Positions 26,562-40,798 of a DNA stretch of 64,000 bases are shown one piece after another. Made by a program: the position numbers and the translations under genes. The notes under the pieces were generated by a model. The model saw nothing but the letters and a program-made list of their open reading frames with translations, did no database searches and was not told the DNA's origin. The DNA lies in assembly GCA_964016885.1 (NCBI GenBank), contig OZ024740.1, forward strand, positions 348,564,001 through 348,628,000, given 5' to 3'. The stretch's first letter is position 1. Each line of letters opens with the position of its first letter. Source of the stretch: Eledone cirrhosa (Eukaryota).

Positions 26562-27334
26562 TATAGTAATTGGAAGAACTCAAAATGTCGTCAATGGCGG
26601 CTTTGGGTAAAATTTACCTCAAAGGATAGAAATCGGTGGCCAGAAGTGCGATAGAAAGAAATTAGAAAGAGATAAAATAAACGTCAATATTCGAGATACA
26701 TTTGTTTACATTTTTCATAGCTACGTAACTTTCTATTTCGGACTGATACTATGCCTGAGGTTTGTTGGCCTATTTCGTTCTTACCCATCTTTTCTTTCTT
26801 CTCTCCCTCTTTCTTTCATTCTTTTTCTCCTTCCTCACTCGCTCATCCCTTCCTTTTACCACTTCGTTTCTTTCTTTCTCCCTTCACCTAGTTGTCGCTC
26901 ATACACGTCACTTCCGCTTAGAGAGCTATTGACCTGTCCTTTCTTACAGTGACTCGAAGCCGATTGGACACATTTCATTCTTCTCTATTTCTGATCTCTC
27001 CGTCTGCCTATCAAACTATTCGTTTCTCCCACAAACATTATACCAACAGAGATATTTATTTCTTTGTTGTTACGAGCCGTCTATCTTACATGGTCATTTT
27101 AGTTAAATCATCGAAACCACAGGTGGTCTAAAAGATGATGAGAAAATGCTAATATTTGTGAGATCCCCTCTCGTCTATTTTATTCGTTTCTCATTTCATC
27201 CTATCGCTTCTCTGAGCCAACACACTTCTAGACACTGACTTCTATCTTTTGATGTGAATTTTATCCAACGCCGCCATTGACAGTATTTTGCTGTTATAAC
27301 AGCTTCCTTGCGCTGAGTTCTTCCAATTACTATA
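26562..27334. mobile_element. Small non-coding element with terminal inverted repeats
   Basis: TATAGTAATTGGAAGAACTCA / TGAGTTCTTCCAATTACTATA (21 bp), plus an internal GTCAATGGCGGC / GCCGCCATTGAC pair. Confidence 0.6.
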
Positions 27335-27385
27335 TGAATTCTAATACACTCGCGCTTCAAACTGGATATTCAAAATACATTCGTT

Positions 27386-27511
<126 letters not shown>

Positions 27512-28446
27512 ATGTATCGGTAGGGCGTCGAACAACGTGATTTGTAGCATAGAGGTGCGTCCCTTTACGATCTGAGTTCAAATGCCGCCGATGTTAGCTT
27601 TCCTTTTCACCTTTTCATCCTTACGGGGTCGATAAAATAAAGTACCAGTAATGAATTGGAATCGATTTCATCAACATTTCCATCCTCCAAAATTGTTCAC
27701 CTTTGGCCTAAATCAGAGAACATTATAGGCGGTATCTGTTGGGCGTCGGGCAGCATACATTGCGGCGTTGAGTTTCGCCCCTTTACGTTTAGATCTCAAA
27801 GCCCGCCAATTTTAGTTTTGCTTTTCATGCTTACATGTTCGATAAAATAAAGTACCATTAACGCACTAGAGTGGATTTAATCGACTTTCCCCCTCTTCGC
27901 AATATGCGTGTAAGTGCCTAGCAGTGCTATTTTCTGTTATGGTGTATATATTTGTAAGTACTCGAGGTTTGGTTATGTATCTGGCTGTGAGTGCTATATC
28001 ATTCTCAACGACTAATTATGTTTTCATTATTCACATTCAGTTTATTTATATCGCAAGTTCTTTTATTTGGATAATTTCTCTATTTTCCTGATGGATATAA
28101 CAATAATGTGAACAGATACAGCAATTAAGAGACATTTTTTAAATCTTTGTGATAACTATATTATCGGGTTCATTGGCCCAACTTTCTTGAATTCGCTTTG
28201 GCTGCTACGCTAGACATTTACGAGCTGAGCAGTATTTTTATTGATGATTTGTTCTGCTCTTACAGAAAATGTAAACATCTACAATTGTTTATCAAGCTTA
28301 AATTACTTTGGGAGGAAATTGAAATATACAACAATGAGATCGCTTATCAAATGTGTTTGTTCATCTTTCAATTTGTACAAAATTGTTTGTTAATCTTTCT
28401 AAAATGTATTCACTTCTTATAAAATAAATAAAGAAAATATAGATAA

Positions 28447-31400
28447 CTAGCAGAAGTGCCCGGCGTTGCTCGGAGTTTAATTGCTTTAAAGTACTTTTAA
28501 TGATTCCACTCAATTATGAATATTGAAGCATTGAAAATAAATATGGGTAAGTTTGAAAATATACACAATAGCATCTACTCACTATATGTCAGAGAGGCAA
28601 GACTGCAGTGGTGCTGAATAGAGGAGTCACCACATTTTTTGTTCTGCCTTTGGGCGCAAGTATGAATAAGTTCTGCTTGCATCCCACTCTTGAGCATGCG
28701 ACGTATAATTGGCCGTGTGAGAAGCACGGCTGGGCTAAATGCAGGCCTGCCGTTGATAGCGTTTGGCCTTGGGACTTGTTGATTGACATCGCGAAGCAAA
28801 GTTTAACGGGGAATTGAAGTCGGCGCAGAGTAGAGGGGCATTCCGTACCCGATGGAGTTAATGGTATTCTGGGTATGAAGACGTTTTCTCCAGCGCAGGA
28901 GCCCGTGAGAATTGTGGCTTCAATTACATGCGGCAGGAGGTTTCTTACCACTAACCGTGTTCCATTGCAGTGACGTGGTGGTTCCAGGTTCCTCAACTTT
29001 GACGCGCAGTTCATAAGGTGGCAGTCCAAGGAATTTAGGAATTCTGTTGGAAAATCGTCAACCTCATCTTTGTCCACCACTTTGTCCACAGATTTGTAGG
29101 TACGGATGTTTCCAGGAATGCGTTGCAGAAGGTCCTCATTGATTTTTGCAACTGAGACATTTTTGGGAGCCAATATGGCTCTATCGCACAGCCAACTCGT
29201 GTTTTTGTAGTTGGTCGCCATATCGGGAAATACAGAGGCTGTGAGGTCGTCAACAGTGTCGACAACGGTGCCTACTTGCAAGACTGCCATTTCTCCAGCT
29301 GCATCTGAAGGTGCAGTGCCGTCACCAATTGTTAAGAGGTCCTTTGAGAAGTCGGCTGGTGAGTGGTCGCCGAGCAGTTGGGCTCTCATGTTTGTTGTGA
29401 GGGTCAGGATTGTCACTTCCTGTCACAGAGGAGATGACTTAATGCAAGCCCCCACAGTGTCGGCCCTGGTGGCTTTTGGAACAACTGGAAGAGTTTGTCG
29501 AAAATCGCCAGACCGCAGTAGAAGTACTCCTCCCATCGGCTGGTTGCATTCCCTGATGTCTCATAGGGTCCTGTCTAACGCCTCAAAGGGCCCTTTATGG
29601 GCCATTGTGCATTCGTCCCACATAATTAGGTGGCATCTTTTCAAGACTTCAGCTTTGTCAGAGTCCTTGGTGTTGTTGCAGGTTATTGTGTCGTCTGAAG
29701 TCGTGTTGAATGGAAGTTTAAATGCGGAATGCCAGAAGAAACCACAGCCAGGGCGATTCCTTTCTGCTGTCGCACTTTGGCGAGTAGGAGTTTATTGACG
29801 AATGTTTTACCAGTTCCTCCTGGGGCGTCCAAAAAGAAGATACCTCCTCTTCGTTGACGAATGGAAGTGCAAACTGTTATCAAACGCCTGCCGTTGGTCC
29901 TGCAACAATTTCGGCTCGTTTTCGTTGATGAACAGTTCGAGGGCGTGGATGTCGTAGGCAGTTTCCTGAATTATGCCCGTTGGAAGTTTATCGGAGCCCG
30001 TTCGCTGAACTTTTGGCAGTCCATAGAATGGAAGGTCATTTCCGCCGGCAGTTAGGATTTTGTCCTCGATGTCAATGAGAGCTTTGTTGAAGAATTCGTC
30101 GCTGAGTCGTACATCGGAATGAGGGAGTAGAAGTTGTCCTTGGTGTATGTAGTCATCGGAAAGGTCCTCTTTGTATTTGTCCCATAAGGACGCAGGGTCA
30201 CTTAACTCGCATGTCAGCAGTAGCACCGCAAAGAGTTTCCGAAGAGTTCGCGCTGAGCGTATTGTAGCTGCCTCCGCCAATGTCGCATCCCACTGAGCGC
30301 CATCTTCCAGTAGACCCCGTCTAAGGCAGGCTGCGCGGAATGAAGTACAAAGCTCTCCGTTGATTGTTTTCAGATCGTCGAAAGATATCGGTCCTACCAC
30401 GTCGTGCAGTAGAAGGCGGAGATAAAAGAATTCCTGTTGGTTAGGATGAATGGTGTATACTCTCCCAAGGGTAGGGGACATTTTAATGTCTGGATGTCCC
30501 TCGACGGGTTGTCCTTTCACCCTTCTTAACAAAATGCTGTTGTCTGTGTTCCATGTGTAGTATGATGGCACCTGAGAGTAGAAGATCGTTTCGGCATAAC
30601 TTAAAACATGCCGTAAGTGTGGTGTCCTTGGGTTCCTCTGCTATCTCAGCAGCGGTGGAGTCGGTGAAGTAGACTCTTTGACCGTTTTCAAGGTGCACCG
30701 CCAACTGTTTGATTGGGGGATAGTTATGGTGTATTGCAAAGTGGAAGAATCGCCAGAACGCTTCATTGCTGCTGATGTATCGGCCGACCTGGTATCGAGT
30801 TACTTCGTCTCGGTTGTTCTCCATTCTAAGACCAAAGGACGCAGCATCGGACCCCTTATTGATATACTTGCAGACGTACTTTATCGATTTGACGGAGTGG
30901 CAGTATTCAACGTTAATATGGGCGTTAAACAATTTAAGCAGAAGTGGGCAGTAGGGTACAATCCACCGGTTGTCAACGTTGTGATGTGGTGTTTTCGCAA
31001 CAATTCCTCCGTCCGCTGGCTCTCTGCGACGGTATAATGGATAACCGTCACCACCTGTCCGAGTTTCTTGGAGGAACGGCCTAGGATACCTCTTGGTGCA
31101 CCTTCTTTCTTTAATGCATGGAGAATTCATGTTGAAACCGTTTCCGCATGGCCCATGAACCATGTGAGCCGTGACGATGTTGTGGAGTTCTCTGTCCAAT
31201 TTTGGGTCGGGTATTTCTGCTGAAATGATGTTGTCAATGCTGCTGGCATTGATTTTCGTTATCAGCCAAATGAGTAGGTGAGCGTGTGGGAGGCCTCTCT
31301 TTTGTCATTCAACGGTGTATACGTAGCACCTAACAGGTCCGAAGGCCTTACCTGATTTTAGGAGTTCAATAAGTTTTGTCAACTTCAAGTGAAAGACTCG

Positions 31401-34302
31401 TGCCGTAATATCGTGTCTGTCTGATGCCCTTTGTCCGGGGAATAATTCCGCAGTAATTTCATTCCACTTAGGGTTGCATGTTGAAGTGATAAAGAGATCC
31501 GGTCTGCCGTAGAGACGCACGTACGTCATAGCATCCTGTGTGCGTTCACTCATGAATCGGGGACTCCCAATGAAAGTCGGCGGAAGGATACAATGTTTTC
31601 CTAGGTTCTCGGGATCGACGTCATTCCTTACTCCACCCCGTAAGTGAATGTAGCTGTCCGAACGAAGGCGTGCTTGATTGTTCCTTATGTAGCACAGCCT
31701 TTCAGATTCCATCTTTGCGCACGCGTCTACAGCAAGCTAGTTGAAGAGTACTCTTGCACGGTGGAGTTGGTTAAAGCAGCATTCGCGGACCATGAATCGG
31801 CAGGTGTAGAATTGCATAGAGGAAACAGTTTTGTTGCTGTTGCACAAAGGAATTCCAAAGAGGTATCCGTCGTCACCGAATGGGAAAAGTAGGGGATATT
31901 GGAATTCGTCGTAGGGCCTATGCGTCTCGCTGATCCGTTGCAGACTATTGTCCCTACACTGAAGTATGATGCCCCGCTTGTTGTACTGTTCTCCATGAAG
32001 AAGCACAGCTATTTCATTGCACGTGGGAGTATGAAAACGTCTGGCGTGGGTGCCTGGTGGTTTCCTGTCAGCGTCGATTATAACAGCAAAATTTGGCAAC
32101 CGAGCAGCCTCCAATGCGCATTTAAAACTGCGAATGTAGTTGTTGTTTTCGTGCAGCATTCTCTGGAGTTGCAACAAAATGTTCATGCCTGTGCCAGGCT
32201 AAATTGAAGCGCGTCGTTCCGCTTGGTCCAAATAGTCAGTGACAAAGTATAGCTGTAGGAACTGGGGCTGTCTGTCCGTCGTGGGCAGTAGCGAACCGAT
32301 TCTGTGGTAAATTTGTCCTTGAACTTTAAAGGTAGGCATGAAGCCGTCCTCGCGTATGATATTAGCTCCGAAAGAGGTCATTTGGAAGGCAGCGTTGTAT
32401 CTCCTGTAACATTGAAGGAAGTGTTCCGACTCCGCTGTGGCACCGGTCAGTAGAGACTTCAAAGGTTGTGGTGGTTTCTGTAGAGGAGGCAGTTTCACTT
32501 TGCCGTCAGAGCAGCACATCCCTGAAGTCTCACAGGCCATTTTTTTGCCCGACAATATTGGCAAATGACAGACGTGGATCCAATCTGAAGTTCTGGCATC
32601 AGTGCATAATTTACTCTTGGGTCATAGTGGAAAGCCTTATGAGACCACTGAGTGCAACTGATCCTCTGTGTACCTCGTTTAGCACTCCTGCGGAGTGCAT
32701 TGGCGTTTAGCCATTGTAATTGAATTTGCGCAGTCTCTGATGCGCGAACGGAATCTGTTGAAGCGGCGTCCGTACGTTGACGTCTGGAACGCTGCCCTTT
32801 GTCCTCAGCAGCACGTGACGCAGCAGTTGAGGCGGCATCTCTTCGTCGTCGACTGTAACGGTGTTCTTCGTCCTCACCGTCACGTGCTGCAGCGGTGGAG
32901 GCCGCAATTTTGCTTCGTCGTCGAGAATGTTGTTCATCAGTTTGCGTTGCACGTGCAACTGCAGTTACAAATGCATTTCCGGAAAGGCGGATGCTCCTCT
33001 TTTTTTCTGTCCGGGTAATTGCATTTCGAGTTGCATTTTGTGACAACCGAGTCAATTTTTCTACGGACAACTCTGTAGCTCTTCTTCGTTTGGCAGCAGA
33101 AGCAGCTTTAGTTTGGCGACTAAGTCGTGGTCTTTTTTTGGGGTGGCATGACCGTAGATTCAAAGAATGTGTTTGGTAGCGAAAATTTTCAAATGAACTT
33201 TGAATTAGTTTAAAGTGAGTACTATATTGTAGCAGGACCGAACACGTAAATATTGATGCAGGTAATGGAGCATGAAAGGGGGAGTAGTCAAAACTTTCAA
33301 TTGAACGGTGAGTAAGTGGAAAGTGTGCACTAAGTAAGATCTATGAAGAATGCACGTCAAATAATAGGTCAAACCTGTAAGCCAAGCCTGTCTGAGTTAT
33401 AGCACAAAAGAGCGTAAACAGGGGCGTTATTTTGGAGCACACTGGAAAATAAATCTTCGAAATCGGATATTCGTTAAGAAAGTTTTCTCATTAATTTTTT
33501 GTCTCATATTGAGAAAAGCAAAGAAAGAAAAATTACAAAAAGTACAACAATAAAATATAATGTCTTTGTTGAGATTCAAGTAAATGAACGCTTAAGCGTC
33601 GTTATTGTTACGTTTGTTGTTTTATAAATTCATCTGTTGCTTTTGAATATTTGTTATTTGATGTAAAATGTAACGTTGAGAGAGCAGTATGTATTTAGTG
33701 TTATCGGCTTTTTAAATTTTGATATTTGATGTATGACGAACGAAGAGGGTGAATGATCTATTATAGAGAGAGAAGATTTGTCGTTATTCTAAACTGTAAT
33801 GGAGACGGAGGCAGTAACCTTTTAAAGAGAGTTGCAGAGGAGATTGAGGGTAGTGAGAGGAATGAAGCGTGTAAGAGAGAGGGTTATCAAGGTTTGTATC
33901 GCGTTCCTTCAGGGACGGAGGCAGTAACCTTTTAAAAAGAGTTGCGGAGGAGATTGAGGGTAGTGAGAGGAATGAAGCGTGTAAGAGAGAGGGTTATCAA
34001 AGTTTGTGTCGCGTTCCTTCAGAGACGGAGGCAGTAACCTTTTAAAGAGAGTTGCGGAGGAGATTGAGGGCGGTGAGAGGAATGAAGCGTGTAAGAGAGA
34101 GGGTTACAGCATGTATTTAGTTTTATCGATTTTTTTTCATAGAAGCAGGAACATTTTGGCAAAAGTAATTACGCGTTGACCTGCTCTGATAAATTTGGAG
34201 CACATTGGGAAAAAAATCATCAAAATCGGTAGAGAAATGTGGAAATGCATAAAAAAGATACACACACACAGACAGACATCTACCGTTATATATATATATA
34301 GA
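28447..34302 (-). mobile_element. Full-length but degenerate Helitron (Rep/PIF1 helicase)
   Basis: Broken ORFs contain YGRPDLFIT.TCNPKW, MVHGPCG, HINVEYC, DAPGGTGKT and QFPVKLCFAMSINKSQGQT. The 3' end has hairpin CCGAGCAACGCCGG followed by CTAG at 28447-28450. The 5' end is TC-(TA)n near 34302. Confidence 0.92.
33803..34107. repeat. ~110-bp minisatellite, about 3 copies, in the Helitron 5' region
   Basis: GACGGAGGCAGTAACCTTTTAAA recurs at about 33803, 33914 and 34024. Confidence 0.85.
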
Positions 34303-35043
34303 GAGAAGAGATAACTCTCAATTTATAGAAGGAGACAAGCGTATATCGAAGAATATAACTTTCAACGATGCTCTACCTTAATACTGCATTTTCAAACAAC
34401 GTATATGGACGCCATATCATCTGAATCAACGTTTCAATAAGCAATTCTATTTCTAAAGGAACAATTTATTTTGTGGTTCTTTAGAAATGTCCAACAACTT
34501 TATAGTTTTCAAAATAACTGTGTATTTGTAACAGTTATTAATTTGTTATTGAATGAGATGGGCTGGCAGAATTGGTAGACGCTCAGATAGCATGTAGTTG
34601 TGGCTCTTCATATTCTGAGATCAAATCCACCCGGTGTCATTTTCTGGGGTCGATAAACTAAAGTACCAATTAAGTAATGGAGTCGATGTGATCAACTTTG
34701 TCCTTTCTTCAGTATTTGACGGCTTATGCCTAAATTAAAAATCAATAATTATTACTCTACTTAGCCTTTCATCCTTACGGTGTCGATAAAATAAAGCACC
34801 AGTAATGCACCGGGGTAATTGCTGGCCTGTGTCAAAAGTAGAAACTATATATATATATGTGTGTGTGTGTTTGTGTGCAAAAGTCAAACAGAGAATACGA
34901 AGCAAACGGCATTACTATGAAGACAATATTAATATAAATATAAATAATCAAATTGAAAAATAGAACAACGAAAATAGTAATAAGTGAAATGCATTATGTT
35001 AATATGAATGCAGATTAACTATATATTGTTTGTTTCTTTTCAG

Positions 35044-35565
35044 ATGCAATCTTGGATAATATCAATTGTGTTCATTTACTTGATGAATGTAATATATGCA
35101 ATACCGATTCCAACTGATTGTGATTTGCCAAGTAACTTAAGCGATCGCTATCAGCATTTCACTGGTGCATCAAAAGATGTTTTCTTTTTCTCTCTCATGA
35201 AAGAATCGCAGATGAAATTAGATGAAGTAGATTCAAAATCCACCGAAAGTGTAAGTGAAGATTTTAGAAAAACTTCCAGTTGTCCTTGGAATTATACTAC
35301 TGTTTACGACTCGAATCTATACCCTCCCTTCAGAACTGAAGCGGTGTGTATCTCCAAGAACTGCTATAGAAGTTCTTCGGTAAATCAATGTGTTAACGTT
35401 TATACTAAAATAACATTCTTCAAACGAGCAAACAAATGTGTCAATGGAATTTACGTCTACAAACCTATTGAAATCGAAGTGCCAACTGCGTGTACGTGTG
35501 CCGAAGCTATCTCTTTAATTTCACCCAATAAGTATGAAAACACAGAACATGATTACGAGCAATAA
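35044..35565 (+). CDS. IL17-like: Interleukin-17-like secreted cystine-knot cytokine (single coding exon seen)
   Basis: The ATG follows a splice acceptor (tttgtttcttttcag) and precedes a hydrophobic signal peptide. The C-terminal pattern is SSCPW...NLYP...EAVC...NC...QC..VY...C...VPTACTC. AATAAA lies near 35872. Confidence 0.88.
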   Translation: MQSWIISIVFIYLMNVIYAIPIPTDCDLPSNLSDRYQHFTGASKDVFFFSLMKESQMKLDEVDSKSTESVSEDFRKTSSCPWNYTTVYDSNLYPPFRTEAVCISKNCYRSSSVNQCVNVYTKITFFKRANKCVNGIYVYKPIEIEVPTACTCAEAISLISPNKYENTEHDYEQ

Positions 35566-37022
35566 GAAAATAGATTTAATTTTGCTTTTCTTCTATTTTC
35601 TTTCTTGGATATTCAATACAATGTTGATCATGATGACGTTGGTTAGCATGTTTGGTAGAGTGACCAAAAAACTGCTTTGTGTACATCTAATTTCCGAGTT
35701 CAAATGCCACAACAATTGACATTGATTCTTATTTTTCTGACCACGATTAAATAAGTAAAATTTAAATACTAGGCTACCTACAAATAAACTATGTACTAAT
35801 CCTAAATAATTTTATATACTTTCCAAAATACTATTATATTTTCGTAGTTATGTATACTTTTTATTTCATACAATAAAGATTTATTTAATATTTGACGTGT
35901 ATGTTGTATTTAGAATAAATTTCATGTTTAACTTTTTATGCTATTCACATCCAGGCGAAGCTTAATAAACAAGTGATCAAATATACAAGGAAAATGAAGA
36001 GTTTAAAATGAAATAACCCAAGTTTAAGGCAAACACTAGACAAAACAAAATAAATATATAATCATAAAAGCATCTATATATAAATTTGATCGACTTCCGT
36101 CCGTCCGTCCCTCACATAACGAGGAAGGAAGGAGTGATGACGTCATACACTAGAGATGACTGAGGAAGGAAGGGGTGATGACAAACTACAGAATACAGCG
36201 TCTAACATTCACTACACTTGTGTGTACAATCTATATGTAAATTGGAACAACTTCCGTCCGCCACACAATGAGTGTGAGTATTTGTGTGAGTGTATTTGTG
36301 TGTAAAAGGAAAGAAGTGGATATGCAAAGAATTATACCAAAAAACGGCTGGCGTTCCATTTTCTGCGCTATGTGAATGCATATGTATGTGTGTGTTTGTG
36401 TAAATGTATGTGTGTGTGTTTGTGTAAATGTATGTGTGTGTTAGTCTGAATGTATGTGTATTTGTGTGAATGTATGTATGTGAGTGCGTAATTGTGTAAG
36501 TGTGTCTGTGTTTGTGCGTTTATATTTATATACTTACATATATAAATGTATGCATATGCACATACACACACACATATATATGCGCATACACGTGCACATA
36601 TACACATGCGCGTCATTGTGTTGAAAACAATTCTAGTATTACAAACGACAGCCCAAACTTACACGCAGTTTAATATCGTAAACAAAGAAAAAATAGATTG
36701 CTCTATGGTCCTAGGTATTGCATTACAACTAGTATTGTTACCGCATTCCCAACCGTTTCAATTAAAGCTAGGTGAAATAACCAATTGTACATATTAAACG
36801 GGAGTAGCCAAAGACAGAGAATCTAATCGATCTCTCTTGCCCTCCCAATAGAAGGTTGCTCCAACACCCACTCTACACTTTCTACAGAATAAGCAGCGGA
36901 AACCAGACATTTCCTCTTCTTCCCACGATCCGACACACCATAATTCCCGAACAATTGAGAGATGAGTGGCAGAAAAGTCGTACACACATGGTTGGAATCG
37001 AATGACATGCAGGCCTCATTAA

Positions 37023-37081
<59 letters not shown>

Positions 37082-37429
37082 AAATGAGATTAATATCCCC
37101 ACAGGTACTAAGTACCCACGGAGATATATATAGGGTGTCTATAATACATTTGTTGTTCAATGGTATTAATTTTAGATACCAGAACTATAAAATTGAGATG
37201 AGCGGAACAAGTAAACATTAAACAATCTTTTAAATTAATTAAAATACGATTTAAATATTTACCTACCGAAAATGCTTTTACCGACGGTTTCGCCTCACAA
37301 AAGATTGGAAATCCAAAGGACTTCCAATGGAAAAATCGGCTCTTCAGAAAGCTATTTCCATTCTATAGGACGTAAAGTCTCACAGTTCGTAAATATATTG
37401 CCTACTGCCAGCTAGCGTAAGGTCAGGTC

Positions 37430-37510
<81 letters not shown>

Positions 37511-38589
37511 GTGTATGTGTGTGTGTGCGCGTGCGCGCGCGCGTGTGTGTGCAAAAGGCACACTGAAATAACGAAGCAAACAACTAAGTACAATGTTTTA
37601 CGTTTGATATAGTAGGAAAAGAGTCATAACATTTCGGACGTTAGTCCTTCATCAGAAAATAGAATGAGAAATTAAAGTAGGAATAAAAAGATTGAGAAGA
37701 GTGGGCAATGACAGAAACGAAAGGAAAATGTTTCTAGAGAAAAAAAAAACAGTTCTATTCATTTGCTATCTCTTAGAAAACTGTTGATGCTGGCGTTTTG
37801 TGTAAGATGAACTTGTTTTAAAAGGTGGGGATCGAGCGCGTCTAGTTAAAAAGGAAAAAAATCGTTTTGTATATAGAGCTGTACGGGTGCCTGTGTGTAT
37901 ATGTGTGTGTGTTTGTCGTTCTTCCCTTCTTTTTCTAGGAATCCACCCGGCTCTCTCCTCTGTTCTCGGCCTCGTTTGAATACATGTCCCGTCATTTCTA
38001 ATGAATTGAAATTAAAAAGTAAATATTTTTCACTTTCAAAATTTAATTTAAACCTAATATTTAATAAGAGGAATCACATCGAAACCGGTAATATATTATA
38101 TATTTTATACGCCCCCCCTCCTTCTTTTTTAAAGCAATATTTCCTCTTTTTTTTCAAAAATAACACTTTATTGGATTATAGAAGAAAAAAAGATACATTG
38201 TGTATGTGTGAGTGTGTGTGTGAGTGTGTGCGTGTGTGTGTGTGTGTCTGTGTGTGTGTGTGTGTGTGCGTGTGTGTGCGTGCGTGCGTGCAAAAGTCAA
38301 ACAGAGAAAACAAAGCAAACAGCGCTACGATGACGAAATATATTATTAGTTTTCCGCTTGACATAAAGGAAAAAAGTCTTAAAAATTCAGTCGTTTTTCC
38401 TTCATCAGAAAAAAAGATTGATAAATTAAAGAAGAAATGGAAAGATTGAGGAGAGTGGGCAGTGGCAGAAACGAGACAAGTTTCTTAGACATTAGGTCTA
38501 TACACGTCGCTATTTCTTATGTGGGGCACGTTAGTTGTTTAATGAGAGATTACTTGAATAGTTTCGTGCATGTTTTGGAAAATTGTATA

Positions 38590-38735
38590 TCATCATTGTC
38601 ATCATCATCGTCGTCGTCGTCGTCGTCGTCATCATCATCATCATCATCATCAACATCATCTTCTTCTTCTTCTTCTTCTTCTTCTTCTTCTTCTTCTTCT
38701 TCTTCTTCTTCTTCTTCTTCTTCTTCTTCTTCTTT
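38590..38735. repeat. Compound trinucleotide microsatellite (TCA/TCG/TCT)n
   Basis: Seen directly in the sequence. Confidence 0.95.
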
Positions 38736-38774
38736 TTGGACTATTACCATACCTCATATATATATATATTGTTG

Positions 38775-39352
38775 TTCCACAACAACAACACCCAAACAAA
38801 CAACACAGACCTAAGAGAAGTATAAATAAGTAAATAAAATAAAATAAAATAAGATAAATAAATACATACACAAGCACAATAACAACAAGCACATAAACAC
38901 ACACTAGTCACCCAGCAGACACAACACTATACACACTAGTCACACATCACACATAACACTATACACACACGCAAACGCATGCGCAAAGAAGACAAAATAA
39001 AATAAGATAAACAAAAAAGCAAATAAATAAATAAATATATAGACAAAAAAAAATGGCGTAGACATACAACACAACAGGAGGAACAATGAATATAACACCA
39101 CTGACGATGTTGCAGATGTGCAACGAAAGATTTATGTAAATTATGTAAACTATATATATGTGTTTGTGTCTATATTGTATCTGTATTATTTTTGACCGCC
39201 GGTCAGTCAATGGCAACATTGAGGACCGAGTAAGTTAGATCGCAGATATAAAAGACAGCGAGAAGCGAAAACCAACCAAACAGTGAGTGTGTTCTGTTAT
39301 TAATTCTGGCAATATTACGCAAATATGACCCTCCCCAAATATAACAATATAT
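38775..39352 (+). mobile_element. pLTR/tail remnant of a second Penelope-like family with a hammerhead motif
   Basis: AC-rich segment, then AAAATGGCGTAG, then CTGACGA-T-GTTGCA-GATG-TGCAAC-GAAA at 39101-39128. It ends with ATGACCCTCCCCAAATATAACAAT running into (TA)n. A matching tail lies at about 21830-21902. Confidence 0.7.
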
Positions 39353-39382
39353 ATATATATATATATAGTTTTAATATAGATG

Positions 39383-39433
39383 AGATTCTACAGGACTAGA
39401 ACTGTTTCATTATTTAGAAATCATCAGGAATCT
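39383..39433 (-). ncRNA. Type I hammerhead ribozyme motif
   Basis: Minus strand: AGATTC-CTGATGA-weak stem II-GAAA-CAG(loop)CTG-TA-GAATCT. Confidence 0.7.
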
Positions 39434-39908
39434 GGCTTTCCAAAATAAATGTTGTGGTATTTATATCTTTTCAGTGGTAGGAGAGGGTGGGGAATGGGAT
39501 GGGTGGAGGTCATTGGTTGAAAGAAAAGAGAATTCATTAAAAGCTAATTCTTTAAGGCTATAATTTATATTTAGAGTGACAAAAAAGAAAGAATTCTATA
39601 AACAAGTTCAGATATTTTAAAGTTTCTCTTAAGCTAACGATGCCTATATTTCAGGTGTCTATAAGATGGTAGGGGGTCGGTCATGGTTGATGGATTTAAA
39701 GAAAAGGGAAATTCTTTAAAAGCTAATTCTTTAAAGCTCTACTTAGAGTGACAAAGACCAAGAGAATTCTATAAACCAGTTCAAAATATTGGGTGCCTAT
39801 CATATCATTATTGTCATGTTTCTCTTAAGCTATATTCCAGGTGTCAACAGACACATTCACATACACACACACACACACACGCATATATATACATATATAT
39901 ATACATAC

Positions 39909-40025
<117 letters not shown>

Positions 40026-40712
40026 TATGTATGTGATGAAACACAGATACCAACACATCTGTATATATATTGCAAAAGAAAAATTTAGCCAGATTGAAGT
40101 ATACTAATTATTATACTACAGTTTGTCCATATCGATTTAAAATAATAAATCAACGAAGACGAACTGTATTGCCAAGAGGCTGTGATGTTTAGACACATTT
40201 AAATTTCAAAATCAAACCTGTTCCGTAGATAAGTTTAAACTTTAAGATCCAAATATGTTTCGAGTTAAATAAGTGTAGGAATATCATGTCCTGCTCTCCT
40301 CAGTAAACATCCAGGGACAAATTGATATGCTTCACTTCTAAATAATTTAAAAGACTGCGTGACGCACATGGTTTTACAGTATCTAACTAGTCTCATAACC
40401 GTACTGCTAGAAATAACAGTCGTATATATGAGGCGGCTTGCAGAATGATACGAATGTCTATTTACAAGAAACAGCTGTAAAAAACATTCCGAAAAAACTC
40501 TACAAAATGTAAGGAGTTCAGCAAAATAGCAATATTATCGCGTTTTGTTTTTTAAAAAAGACGGGGATAAGTCACAAATAATTTTAAGCACTCTAGGAAA
40601 AATTCCGAGTATAAATATATATATATATATATATGAAGTATTTCCGTAGAAATGGTAAAGGAAGGGAGAGTGCTCCATTTATGCGATTCTTTGCTTAAAC
40701 GTTAATCTGTTA

Positions 40713-40798
<86 letters not shown>

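Noticed and set aside
35008-35043. Upstream start of the 185-aa IL-17 ORF
   Set aside because: This stretch is a polypyrimidine tract ending in AG. The signal peptide fits a start at 35044 or a spliced upstream exon.
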